A stretch of DNA of 64,000 nucleotides from Marsupella aquatica. Taxonomy: Eukaryota; Plantae; Marchantiophyta. Of the stretch, positions 1 to 12,306 are shown piece after piece. A model generated the notes under the pieces. It saw only the letters and a program-made list of their open reading frames with translations, was not told the DNA's origin and searched no databases. Location of the stretch: NCBI GenBank assembly GCA_973895155.1, contig OZ316899.1, positions 1,325,573 through 1,389,572 of the forward strand, in the 5' to 3' direction. The translations under genes and the position numbers were made by a program. How positions within the stretch are numbered: the first letter of the stretch is position 1; each line of letters starts with the position of its first letter.

Positions 1-600
1 AAACCACATTATTCATATTTTGAATTCCCTTTTGTGCATTCAACATTCCTTTGGATAGAATATTTTTGCTTTCGTCATCCGACACATCTTCACTTTCAAA
101 CTCTTCTTCTGTAACCTCAATCTCAGTATGTGCACATTCATCTAAGCAGTCTAATACTTGATGATTGGGATGAGCCTTGCATTCCTCAAATGCTTCAATC
201 CAAGTCATGCGACCTTCTCTATGAGAATGCCTTAGAAGGTCTTCCATCCTTTGAAATTGATGATGCAACAACATTTTTGCACGACACCAATCTGCATACA
301 ACGGTGATTGTGAATCCCATGAATATTGTGGATAGATTTTTAGCACTATGTTTTTGCCTCTAGTATGCATAGTGTAAGCCCATTTATTCTCTCTATCTCG
401 TTGAGTTACTCTGGTGAAATCACGACAAATTTCACCAAAAGACTCATCACCTAATACGGATGCCCTCTCCATATAATATTCCAAGGGGATTCTACCAAAT
501 CCTGCTTGATTCTGACCTTCAACATTTACTTCCACATGTTGTTCATCAATAGATCTCATGTCAATTGTTTGCACATCATGGCTTGAGTTGAATAAGTTGA

Positions 601-2600
601 TCAAAGCAGATGATGACAAACTTCTTGTCTAGAATAATCTCTTTCTCCTATCATTTTGTTCAACACTCGTGTCACACCATCCCCACCTCGTGCTTTGGGG
701 GCCATATTGGCAAATACCCTCCGCACAACATCAACATATGAATCTATTTTGTATTCAGGTTTTGAAACGTACTTTGAAATGTACATCAAAGTAGATTGCA
801 AAGTCGTTACTGGTTTAAAATCAATGTTTGCTTGCCATCCCAATATCATCAACGTATTGCGGGAATTCAAGAGAGGTTGATTGCATACCAGCTCAAATTT
901 CCAATTGTTTCTCTCAGTTTTAACCATTGTTGTTTCGATTCTCAATTCTTTTGGAAATTCAAATCTACAATGAATCTCACGTGATTTTTTCTTCTGTCAT
1001 AGACAATACCTAGGAGAACATATTATGTGTTGTTGCACTATCAAGCATTTCAACTAGCTCACACTTGGTATCTTTTAGTGTATCGAGCTCTCGAGCAGAA
1101 GAATGGATGATAGCTGCTTCCAAGTTAGGGCAAGGATTTTTTGCAGAACAATCATCTTTCCAATACTACATGAATTTTTTTGCACCTTCCTCTTTTGAAA
1201 AATCAAGAGTATTTGGATCTGGAATGGCTTGATCTCTTGGAAGCCATTGAAATCCATGAATATGTCCACTACTTCTTCCTTGCCATTCAAATCGATACCA
1301 AAAATCAATTGTTAACCATTTTTTCTTCATCACCAACTCAAAAAACAACTTGAATCTTTTATTCAAGTACCAAGCTACTATGTGAGGGTTTTCCACCAAA
1401 TTTTGTATCTGAATTTGAGTTTTGAATGATTCTATATCATCTTGTGCATATTATATGGGCATAAAGCGTTACAGATCAGGCCATTGATGGTCTGCAACAC
1501 TAATTTTAAAAAAGATATGTGAACATCCCACCTTTGGGTCTTGCACCATTGCAAGTAAATCAGATCGCACGTTTGACCAATACGGTCATGTTCCTTGAAT
1601 ATTTTTCTCATGATGTACTATTTCTCGTGCCATAGCTGCTTTGTTGCTTTCAAATTGCCTCATCAAATCTTCCATTGTGATTTGTACTTCATTTTGATGA
1701 TGACACTTAGCATAGAATGCTCCATTGGTTTTTGCTTGCCATCTAAACATAGAATTGGCAGCAAACCATCAAAATCAAGGATGTTGCACAAAACAGGGAT
1801 CTTGTAATCGTATGAGATGTTTGAAATACTCATGGGCATTCATATTATGTGCCCATTGAGATTTTAGATCACACTTGCCATCTAGAAATAGTGTAGGGAA
1901 AGTGTTAGTGATATATGGAGAATCCCCAAACTCATTGAATCGTTGTGGTCTCAATATTGGCATAGATAACGGCTCACTTTGTTGGTCTTCCTGAAATCTT
2001 GTCTGTGTGCGGTCTTCCTTAGTGATTCTTGAACCAAGATTAGGAACCATGCAATCTCTTACATGCAAAGTTGGTTCCAATGCACAATCATTCAAAATTT
2101 CATTATCATTGTCATCCATACCATCACACCCCGACGCACCCTAAACTTATGATGCAAGTGTCGTGCAACCTCTGCTGCATTTTCTTCTCCAACTCGGCCT
2201 CTAGGTTTAAGAAGAATGATGTCAAGATCACTTGGAAGTAATGGTATACCGCTAAAAAACTTGGACCAATCTTGGAATAAATTGAAAATATGAAACTATA
2301 AGCATATTGTAACCCTCTCACTTTTTGCAATTGCATCACAACATGCACCGGAGTTCAATTTTTCCTCTAATTGAGTCAACTTTGGTAGCTCCACACCTAT
2401 GGGCAAACCACATGGTCGTATTTCATTCTCAGCACTATACTTCTTTACTTCATTGGTATCTTTCCGACAACGCATACACCCATAGATGCCTCCTTCACAT
2501 CAATCTCAAACCATCATTCATCACAAATTGGGCAATATTCTATTTCAATTTTTTATATTGCCTTGCAAAAGTGAAGCAACAATGCAGGGTCCTCTTTGCA
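601..2600 (-). pseudogene. Helitron Rep (HUH endonuclease) coding region with multiple stops and frameshifts
   Basis: Rep motifs 1-3 appear in order on the minus strand, split over ORFs 2124-2348, 1775-2119, 1166-1399 and 601-945. Confidence 0.85.
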
Positions 2601-2699
2601 TAGCACTGACTCATCTAATGACCCTTCCAACACCTTTTCATTCCCATGCACACACTCTGGCAAAACAAACTCATTCTCAAATAGAGTTCCCAGATTTTG

Positions 2700-3790
2700 C
2701 ATATCCTCCTCTTCAATGTGATGCTTCTTTTGTCTATATGGTTCCCTCCTCTTGGCCAAACATTGTTTACAAGATATCTGACCATCATCAAAAGTGTCTA
2801 ATGTTTTCACTTGTCTACAAGAAACACATTTCTTTGTAGTGGAAGCTAGTTCTGCTCCTTAAACGGTCTCTATTGCACCTAGAGAACAATGATCATGTGA
2901 AATATGCGGAGAGTCTCTTTCATGGGGCATGTCAATGCACCTCACATTGCCATGTTCAAGAGCGCTCTTATTTCTTGCAAGAATTCTTTCTTGCCCAACA
3001 TTGTTTACAATTTGAATATCATCAAATGTCAATCTGAGTCGTACATCTTCAACTTGCATCAACACACTTGGTGAACGTATCCGCTCTACTCTTGCATGCC
3101 CTAATCTCTCCAAAACTGGTGATAAATCCATCAAAAGTCCTTCATGATTGACCTCCACATGTTGCATCTGATTATCCTCCGGAAGCAATAATGGATGGTT
3201 TTTGTTGAACAATGTTTGCTCTTGATTTGTACCCATCCATTGCGGCGGAAGAATGTCACTCTCAAATAGAGTTGTCAAATTTTGTACATGATCTTTTGCT
3301 CCAATGTGTTGTTTCTTCTTTAAATTATATTGTTCTCTCCTCTTAATTAGCCAAACATTGTTTACAAGATACCCAACCATCATCAAAAGTGTGCAATGTT
3401 TTCACTTGTCTACAAGAAACACATTTCTTTGTAGTGGAGTCTTGTTCTTCTTCTTCAACCATCTCTATTGCACCTTGAGAGCAATGGTCATGTGCAATAC
3501 GTGGAGAGACTCTTTCATGGGGCATGTCAATGTGCCTCACATTGCCATGTTCAAGAGCACTCTTATTTATTGCAAGAATTTCTTCTCGCCCAACATTGTT
3601 TATGATTTGAATATCATCGAACACCAATCTGAGTCATACATCTTCAACTTGCCTCGATACACTAAATGAACCTACATGCTCTACACTTGGATGCCCTCTT
3701 CTCTCCAAAATTGGTGAAAGATCCATCATGACCCCCAAACCATGATTGATTCTTACATCTTGCACCGCAGTATCCTCTGGGATATATAGC
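2700..3790. repeat. ~595-bp tandem duplication in the Helitron N-terminal region, encoding CxxC..CxxC modules
   Basis: TTGTTTACAAGATA...CACTTGTCTACAAGAAACACATTTCTTTGTAGTGGA occurs at 2763 and 3358; peptides KCVSCRQVKTLHTFDDGWVSCKQCL and ...KTLDTFDDGQISCKQCL. Confidence 0.85.
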
Positions 3791-4354
3791 GACAATTGGT
3801 GTTCTCCGTCGTTTGGAATATTCATTTCTCATGCATCCTGGGCTTGCAGCTCCAACACAAACATAACAAGAATCCCTTGGGAATTGAAAATCATCCCTTG
3901 GTTTCTCATGTTTTCTGAGTTTGCACCACAACAAACTGTCATGTGTCCATCCTTTACAATCACTACAAATATTTTTTGTACTCTCATCACCTTCACAAAA
4001 ATGAGCAAGTGTTCGGTTCAACAAGCATTGTATGCATCGAGAACACTCCATCGATGACAACACAAAACCAAAGTATATCTCCAACAAAAAAGAGTCGCAT
4101 CCAAAATAATGTACTAGATTAAGTGACTATATGCGGGTTTGTAGCAAATGACTAGGTCATTGCTACCACCGACTACAACAAACTTGCACAGTCCAAGAGA
4201 ATACAATAGAAAAATTATCTATGAATGACCCTAATGATCAAGCGCTTCCCTCCATGACCACCTAGGCAGATGGAAGGTTGCAAGCAACGCCTATGGCGCC
4301 GCTTGCCCCAGAAAATGCCTATGAGGTCGCTTTGGCCAAAAAAAAGGCAAAAGA

Positions 4355-4382
4355 AGAAGAGAAGAGAAGAGAAGAGAAGAGA
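4355..4382. repeat. (AGAAG)n microsatellite
   Basis: About 5.5 consecutive AGAAG units read directly. Confidence 0.9.
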
Positions 4383-5555
4383 GACTCTTTGTTTTATGCT
4401 AATCATCTCTAAGTTCCTAATTAATGTCACACCTAACTTCATTAGCTACTAATTAATATTAAACCTAACCTAATTAAAAGCACACCCACCCATTCTTCTA
4501 GAATTACTCAAATAAAAATCTATATCTATGTTGGAAATGAGTGAGAAGTCTAGAAAAGGAATAAAAGCACATATTTTTTTGGTTTTGATGTTGACCCCCT
4601 CTTTCAAGAAAAGGAAAGATTTATAAAACCTGAAATCTCTCCCTTCTTTGTCTTTTTTGTTCCTCCCCTTAAAATACCCTTAAACCATCCATAGCTCCCC
4701 ACTTCTAAGATCGAATATCCGTTAGCTAGTTTGATACACTCAACTAGTGTCTGCCCCCTCTAGCGAGAAAAAAATACAAACAAAGACCATTTTGATCATC
4801 TCTCCCTTAAATATCCTTAAACCTCTCAACAATCAAAGAAAAATTTGTCTAAACCCTTTTTATTTCTCCCTTTAAAGTAATCCTCCATCTCAGCCAAAAA
4901 ATAAAAATGTCTCTTTTTGTATTTTTTAATTTCCCCTTCTTTAAAATACCCTTGATCCTCTATCCCTTTAAACTCTCAAAGAAAAGAAAACAATGAGATC
5001 AACCATGGGGCATGCTCCTTACTTGTAGTTTCTTCTAAAAAAAGAAGAAGCCCGTTTAAAAATCTTTTTGAGGTGACCAATTTCACCCAAAAAGAAAAGG
5101 AAACAAAAAGGAAACAAACAGGAAGCCCCCTTTAAGAGTGGTACCTTTGCAAGGTGACCAATTACACCCAAAGTGATATATATAAAAGCATTAAGAAATT
5201 CTAACAGGTAAAAAACAAAGACATTACATGGTGAGAGAATCAAGTACACATTACATTGAGGGGGGAGCATTTAATGTACTTTCATTTGTGTGTAATACAA
5301 TACTCTCCTTATACTCCAACACCCCATGGATGAGTACTGTACAAAACTAAAGAGTGTTAGTGTGAGTGAGAATATTGCGACCAAAGTATATTTTTGTGCC
5401 TCTAAACGTATGCGGAGAAAACTGTATGCGGAGAAAATACTTTGGAGGCATTTTTTGCCCCCCATCACATAACTGAACTTTCAGTTCAGCCAATCATTAG
5501 GTCATCTCAAACTTTTAAGGTTGGAGAGAGGGTCACAAGCACATGACAGCAAAAA

Positions 5556-6189
5556 CAGCTTTTCATCAACCTAACTTGCCTAAATCTCTGAGGTGTCCTC
5601 CAAAGGAATGTATTTGCTTCCCTGTCCCCCATACCATATATGGGTTAGTGCTAACCCAACATCAGGTCCCCACTGCCAGATGTCAAGGTGTGATTGCCCC
5701 GGACTAACCCGTCCGAGTTAAGCTTCCCCCTCCCTGTGGTGGCCTTTTTTTTGCGACATTTTTTTCTTTGTAAAAACAAGGCAAGAAAATGCAGGGAAAA
5801 TGAGGTACAGAGTGACAATTTTGTTGCGCCTCTGTGTGTAAACCCAGGGGCGAAGGTTGCAGCTGCTCAATGGTCGAGAGTGAAGGTATGACACTGCCGA
5901 AAGTGGGGAGGCAAATTTGTAAACATTTGCGACAATGTTTCCTTTGTAAAAATGGGGCCAGGAAGTCAATGTTGCGTACTCCTGCTGCATTTTGCAAGGG
6001 CTGCGTATTCGGGCTGCGCTTCCTCCCGAATCTGAAGCTTAACTTGAGCGGTTTAGTCCAGGCCAATCATGTCTTGACACCTATCATTGGGACCCATATA
6101 CAGTATGGGGGGCAGGGAAGCAAATAAATTTGTTTGGGGGACACCTAAGAGATTTCAGCAAGTTAGGGGGACAGGTTGATAAAAAGCTG
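5556..6189. mobile_element. Non-autonomous foldback element (Mutator-like MITE) with long imperfect TIRs
   Basis: 5556-~5726 is an imperfect inverted repeat of ~6034-6189 (CAGCT...AGCTG termini). Flanks ACAGCAAAAA (5546-5555) and ACTGCAAAAA (6190-6199) form a 9/10-matching 10-bp TSD, in the Mutator size range. Confidence 0.7.
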
Positions 6190-6679
6190 ACTGCAAAAAT
6201 GCCTGAAACTATGGCCGCAACCGGTTTTTCAGGCATGCGGAGTGTTTGGGGGGAAGGAGAATGTGAGAAGGGTCGTAAGGCCTTAGTTAAGCGTGGCTTT
6301 ACAAGACCGTTCACTCACTTTTCTTGTAAAGCAAAGCATGGGGGCACTTCATCGTCTAAAGTAAGTTACTCAGTATACAGGGGCAAACATAGTACAAGCT
6401 GGAGCAAACGACGCCCAACCTCATGTAAATCAGCAACACCCACTTTGAGAGCGAGAGTGCATGGAAAAGACGTAAATGGGGCCCAGCAGTTTGATAGCTC
6501 CCAGATTTTGTGGGGAGGAAATGTGTGATTTTGCATGAGAAGATCTAAAAGCTCATCCTTTCTTTCAATCAATGGTGGATCTTCAAGCATTGGACAGAAG
6601 AAAGCTTGAGCAAACAGGTCCTTGTGTTTACTAGACCCATCCAACGAGATGTAGCCAAAAAATAGAAAAATTAAACTCC

Positions 6680-7871
6680 GCCTGTTCCATTCAATTCTGT
6701 TCAATTGGGAGACCTATGGCAACATTGAATCATATGAAACCAAGAGAGATTTTGATGTGGTCATTGTGCTGTGTGGCCGAATGGGCATCAGAGGCATTCA
6801 GGATTTATGGTCTGCTGAACGGAATGAGTGGCGTAATCTGAATGAGCAACTAGAACACCTTCGAGGCTTTACTCTACTTGAGAAAACTTGCTGCAGGGAG
6901 TTCTTACAAAAGGTCAGTGCTATAGATGGTTGCAGGATGAACTATGTTACTGGTTCCCGATGTTGGCGATGGGCTGACAGACCTGATCCTATCAATACTT
7001 TTAGGATATCCAATCTGAGGGCATACATGTTGATTCGCCCCCAATCAGAGACTACGACGGCCTGAATCACACTTGGGGTAGCATGAAAACGGAAGGTGAA
7101 TGGAATGTAGGGTGGAGTGGACTGTGGCGCTCTGACCTTTCCTCCCGTGCTAAGACATTTCTTTGGAGAATATTGGCTTCAGGTCTCTTTACCGGGGTGC
7201 GAGCCAGGCACATTGATAAAGGAGAAGGGCATTGTAAACTGTGTAGTGGAGAAATAGAAACTATCCCCCATCTTTTTGCACAGTGTGCTCATGCCAAGAG
7301 ATGTTGGTCACTGGCTGCCACTTGTTTTTCAGGGACCTTTATGGATTACTCGGATAGACTACTAGATCTACTGATTCTCACAGCAGCGAAGGACCCCAAA
7401 CAGTAGCCAAACTATTTATTCTCTATCAGATCCTTTGGTCTTTATGGCAGAGTAGGAATGTGCACATGTTTCAGGCCAATGGCTGTAGGACATTTGATCT
7501 TCGCTTTATTCTCTCAGAGGCTGCTGACCATGCATCGGCGGTGGGCCTGTGTTTACCCCCGAGCAGACGACACACACGATTGTTACGAGTGAAGGAGATC
7601 CTTATCCAGGAAAGATTAGTGTGGCTAAACAATTGGCAGACTTGGATTACATCTAGATAGGAATTATGCTGGCCAATGGGGAATGCAATACTTGAGCTCT
7701 GCTTTCACCTGGCGTAGATCACTATTCTCGTGGTGGACAGCCCGGTCTCTGGGCTTTCATCGCATGTTGTTGTTTCCGCTCTTCAGGCGGGGTGGTTGAT
7801 TGTGTGTTGTGGGACACTTCCTGTTTTTCCTTGCCACGGGGTTTTCGTGGTCACTAATAAATTAAGAAAAA
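6680..7871 (+). mobile_element. LINE (L1 clade) 3' fragment including zf-RVT-like zinc finger
   Basis: ORF 7083-7406 LWRSDLSSRAKTFLWRIL..CKLCSGEIETIPHLFAQCAHAKRCW matches the CCHC-type domain after LINE RT; A-rich TAATAAATTAAGAAAAA at ~7855-7871 is a plausible 3' end. Confidence 0.75.
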
Positions 7872-8332
7872 CATTTCCAAGGAAGAGAGATTTTGTCAGG
7901 TGACAACCATGATTTGTACAAAGAAATTGAGGCAAAAGGAATGTTCGACAAAGAAGACCAATGCACTATTGAATTATGCTCGTGAAAAGGTCATAAGTTT
8001 TTTGTTGTTCCTGCCTGTGCAAATTTTGATTGTGAAAATTTGTTCATGCATTTTGGGATTGCAATAGAGTACTCTTATCAGTTGTATCATTGTGATGCGG
8101 CTTGACAAGAGGTAAACAAAAATTTCTGGTAATGATTTGCCTCAATCAAGTGTTGCAAGTCATCATGGTTAAAGTCATCCAATCATAGCAACCAGCTTTG
8201 GTCACATTGACAAACACCATGCATCTTTTAAAATTGCCTCATTGGGGACTAACGTCTTTTGCAATTGCATCCCAGATCCATTTGGAGGTTAGATTGTGAA
8301 TCTGTATTTGTGGATGGAACCTTGTTGGCTTC

Positions 8333-8629
8333 TGTAGGAAAATTGTTAACTCCAGACTAGATAGCAATGCGGAACATGAGAGCACTCAATCTCACACTAC
8401 ACCAACAAGACACCATGATCATGGAGAAACTCTTGAAGGATCCATAGTTCATGAGATTGAACATGTGAAGAATGAGGGAGAGAGTGCTCTCCCTCCAACC
8501 TATACCCCCCAAGGGGGACTAAGATGTGTGGGCCTAAGTAAGTGGATCTTATCCTAAACTAACCAAAGGTCAACTAACCCTAGTAAGGCCAAACTAACTA
8601 TAGTCGGGAACTCAAGTCAATTCCTAACA
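8333..8629 (-). repeat. 3' LTR of copia element 1
   Basis: TGTAGG...CCTAACA; direct repeat of 12015-12306 (about 93-94% identical by eye, one 5-bp indel). Confidence 0.95.
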
Positions 8630-8640
8630 ATCTCCACCTT
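8630..8640 (-). promoter_or_regulatory. Polypurine tract
   Basis: AAGGTGGAGAT on the minus strand abuts the 3' LTR. Confidence 0.85.
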
Positions 8641-8696
8641 GACTCTAGTTCACACAATGAGTTAGGTGATATACAATATGTAACTAAGTAACATAT

Positions 8697-9732
8697 CTAC
8701 ATAGTCTTCGGTTTGGCCCTAACATTAATTATATCCACACAATGACTAAAGCTACTGGTAGGTAAAATTTTGGTAAGCATGTCTGCTGCATTCTCCTCTG
8801 AAGCCACCTTCTCCAGAAGCATCTGCTTCATATCAATCACCTCACGGATGAAGTGATAACGAATATCAATGTGCTTTGTCCTTGCATGGAACACATGGTT
8901 CTTAGCCAGATGCAAATTAAGCACTTTGACTATCACACAACAGCACCAGTCTTTTAGGTGAAAGACCCAAATCACTCACCAATCTCCGTAGCCAGGTCAG
9001 CTCCTTGGTTGCCTCGCAGGCAGCCATGTACTCAGCCTCAGTAGTAGACAACGCAACATAGGATTGAGTTGCCGACTTCCAGCCGATACAACCTCCACCC
9101 AACATAAACACATAGCCTGTAGTAGACTTCCTGTTATCCAAGTTACTAGTATAATCTGAAATAATCTACAAAACCTCCCAACTCTAATGTAGAGTCTGCT
9201 TTACCGTCAAATAAAATCCCACAATCTAAGGTACCTTTCAGATATCGCAAAACCCACTTCACCGCTTCCCCGTGAAGTTTACTAGGGTTTGCCATAAATC
9301 TGCTCAAAATGCTAACGGCGTGGGCAATGTCAGGTCTAGTGCATGTCATTGCATACATCAAACTACCCACAACACTATCATAGGGAACCTGTTTCATTGC
9401 TAGTCTATCACTCTCACTAGAAGGGCAATCATTCTTTGAGAGTTTAAAGTGGGAAGCCAATGGAGTACCAATTGGTTTTGCATTCTCATCTCATACTTGG
9501 CAAGTACTTTCTCTAAATACTACCTCTGAGACAACCATAATTGCCTCTACTCCCTATCACAATGAATCTCCATCCCTAGAAACTTCTTGGCCTGACCCAA
9601 GTCCTTCATTGAAAACTCCTTACTCAACATTGCTTTCAGATGGGCAACATCAGACTTATTCTCAGCCAAGATTAGCATGTCATCCACGTATTGTGTCAGC
9701 ACAATGTAACCAAAGCGTGAGTAATTCTCCAC
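8697..9732 (-). pseudogene. pol: Copia RT (C-terminal half) and RNase H fragments
   Basis: YVDDMLI (9547-9732); YDSVVGSLMYAMTCTRPDIAHAVS (9146-9460); DNRKSTTGYVF..STTEAEY (8917-9141); HARTKHIDIRYHFIRE (8697-8975). Confidence 0.9.
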
Positions 9733-9759
9733 CTCCGAGTTTTTCTCCGCTTCTGCCGT

Positions 9760-10941
9760 AGCGACTTAATCAAAGTTACCTCACCTTTGATAACAAAGAG
9801 CGCACCATCACATGCAGTGAAATGATATCCACCAGCTTCCAAAGCACCAAGAGAAATCAAGTTCTTAGAGATGTCTGGTATGTGTCTGACTTCCGTCAAT
9901 GCTTGCACAACACCATCAAACATCTGGAATTTGATAGTCCCCATGCCAACAATCTCACATTGTACCCCGTTGTCGATTTCCACGCTACCAGTACACGGTT
10001 GGTAAGTAGAGAAGTAAGATTGTGTCGGACACACGTGATAAGACAAACCCAAATCCAACATCCATTTATTGTCATACACAAAATTAATAGCACCAATACA
10101 TAGCACTTCAGCACCATCCTCATGATTAGCAATCACTATGCCAGCTGAAGATGAAGATGCACCATCAAAAGTAGGACGCTTTTGCCTGGTCAAAGAAGGG
10201 CAAGACCACTTGGTGTGGCCCTTCTCATGGCAATGCCAACATTGAACCTTCTTACTACGAGACTTAGATTTAGATCTGTTCTGAGATCTAGATCTAGATT
10301 GATCCGCAGTACGCTCAGTTGATCTACCTCTAACCATTAAGGCAGCAGACTCATCATCATGGGAAGATAGATGTCACTTGCTCCATTCTGCAAGAATAGT
10401 AGCCTTCACCACATCCAACTTCAACGTAGGCTTGTCATGCGTGATGACCGTTACCAACGTCGAAAAGCTCTTCGGAAGCGACATCAACAAATGCATTGCA
10501 AGGTACTCATCGATCAACTTATCTCCCGCCGTGGTCACCTCGTGCATAATCTCATCAAAGAGACTAAGATGATCACGCATGTTTCCACCATCCTGCAACT
10601 TCAATTTGAATAGTCGCTCCAACTGGTAAATGCGAGTAGTCAATGAAGTACTTTGGTATAGCTGAGTAACCATATCCCAAATCTTCTTGGCGTTGCGATC
10701 CATCCCCAACACGTTCTTGAGAATGTTGTTTGCCAAGAACAACTCAATTGTATTACACGCCTGCACCGAATGTCTTCCCACTCCTCATCTATAAGAGTCG
10801 AGGGCTTCACTCCAGTGATGGTCTTCTCAAGACCCTGCTGGATCAACATGTTGGTCACCTTCCAAGTCTAGAGGCTAAAGCTGACCTTCCATCAAACTTT
10901 TCCACCTCAAACTTTGGCGCCGCAAACTTTTGTGAAGTCAT
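9760..10941 (-). pseudogene. gag: Copia gag (with zinc knuckle) and aspartic protease
   Basis: ATG at 10941 (MTSQKFAAPKFEVEKFDG); UBN2-like gag (ORF 10374-10781); CWHCHEKGHTKWSC knuckle; degenerate protease WMLDLGLSYHVCP (ORF 9696-10337). Confidence 0.85.
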
Positions 10942-12000
10942 TGATGCTGACACAAACACACATGAAACACAAGTACCAAAATACCTCTACACACAATCAC
11001 CAAAAAATGAAATTTGGAAAAAGTGGAACTGTAATGCACCACTGCATAGCCTGCAAGGTACACTACCAATATCTGAAAACGATTTGGCAAAAAATTGCTT
11101 CATAAAAAACTTATCCCAAAAAAAGATTTTTTTTGTTTTTTCTCTCCTCAAAGCACCTGCGGAACGGTGTTCCGTGGGTCCCCTTTTTCCCCACCACAAA
11201 GCTTTCACGGAATGATGTTCCGTGGGTCACTATTTTCCCCACCACCAAGTTGTCGTAGAACGGTGTCCCGTGGGTCAGTAATTGCCCACCAACGAACCGC
11301 GACGGAACAGTGTTCCGTGGGAGACTATCTCACCACCACTGAGCTGCAACGAAATAGTGTTTCGCGGGTGAACTTTCTCACCACCACAAAATCACTTTTC
11401 ACTTGTTATTTTCTCTTTGCCCTAAACAACAACCACACCTCACCGCTACGGTGCCCAGCGGCTACATACTCCACTCGTACTCCACCACACAAATTGTCGG
11501 CGTCGCCGCAAATTGTTGCGCAACGCAACCCAAGAGGTGAACGAAGAAAAAATTGAGAAAAAACCACAAAGAAAAAAAATAACATCAACGTTTTCCCAAG
11601 AAAACATCAACCCAAGACCCCGTAAGAGATCAAGCCAAGGACAAAGACTCCATAGCCAAAGAGATTAGGCTACAAACAACAAAACATAAAACGATATTGC
11701 TCCACACTCGCCGGATGAACCGCTGAGAAACTTTCACCAAGACAAAGTGCCCGCCTATGCGCACAATGAAGCGCAAGACTGTCCGCCTGACAGTACATTC
11801 AGAAAACCAGAGACACATCCGACACTTCTGATGTGAAGTTTCAATCGGGAAACCGTCACTCATTTTGAACGCAAAACCTCTTGCGCACAATGACCAGCGA
11901 CATGATCACACAAATTGTTGAGAACAATCTGATCCGTCACCACAATTCAACACAAAGAATACTCTCACCACTGTCCAGGCAACCGAACGTCGAACACAAA

Positions 12001-12012
12001 GCTCTGATACCA
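12001..12012 (-). promoter_or_regulatory. Primer-binding site, tRNA-iMet
   Basis: TGGTATCAGAGC on the minus strand, 2 nt after the 5' LTR. Confidence 0.95.
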
Positions 12013-12014
12013 CT

Positions 12015-12306
12015 TGTAGGAAAACCTTCAGCTCCAGACTAGACAGCAATGCGGAACATGAGAGCACTCAATCTCACACTACACCAACAAGACACCACGA
12101 TCATGGAGAAACTCTTGAAGGATCCATAGCTCATGAGATTGAACATGTGAAGAATGAGGGAGAGAATGCTCTCCCTCCAATCTATACCCCCCAAGGGGGA
12201 CTAAGATGTGTGGGCCTAAATAAGTGGATCTTATCCTAAACTAACCAAGGGTCAATTAACCCTAGTAAGGCCAAACATAGTCGAGAACTTGAGTCAATTC
12301 CTAATA
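12015..12306 (-). repeat. 5' LTR of copia element 1
   Basis: Direct repeat of 8333-8629; outer end reads TA on the + strand (mutated CA). Confidence 0.95.

Larger units (their letters stand above)
1..4087 (-). mobile_element. Helitron (rolling-circle) remnant, running off the left edge of the window
   Basis: Fragmented minus-strand frames give Helitron Rep motifs: PYW..RSDLLAMVQ..FFKISVADHQWPDL (~1450-1590), WYRFEWQGRSSGHIHG (ORF 1166-1399), ANIDFKPV..MYISKYVSKPE (ORF 601-945), FPTLFLDG..YFKHL (ORF 1775-2119). Element ends not identified. Confidence 0.85.
8333..12306 (-). mobile_element. Ty1/copia LTR retrotransposon, internally deleted (no integrase)
   Basis: Paired LTRs, PBS, PPT and perfect 5-bp TSD GCTTC (8328-8332 / 12307-12311); gag, protease, RT C-terminal half and RNase H present. 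Confidence 0.95.

Noticed and set aside
6366-6704. 112-aa minus-strand ORF as a host gene
   Set aside because: No recognisable motif; it overlaps the truncated LINE boundary.
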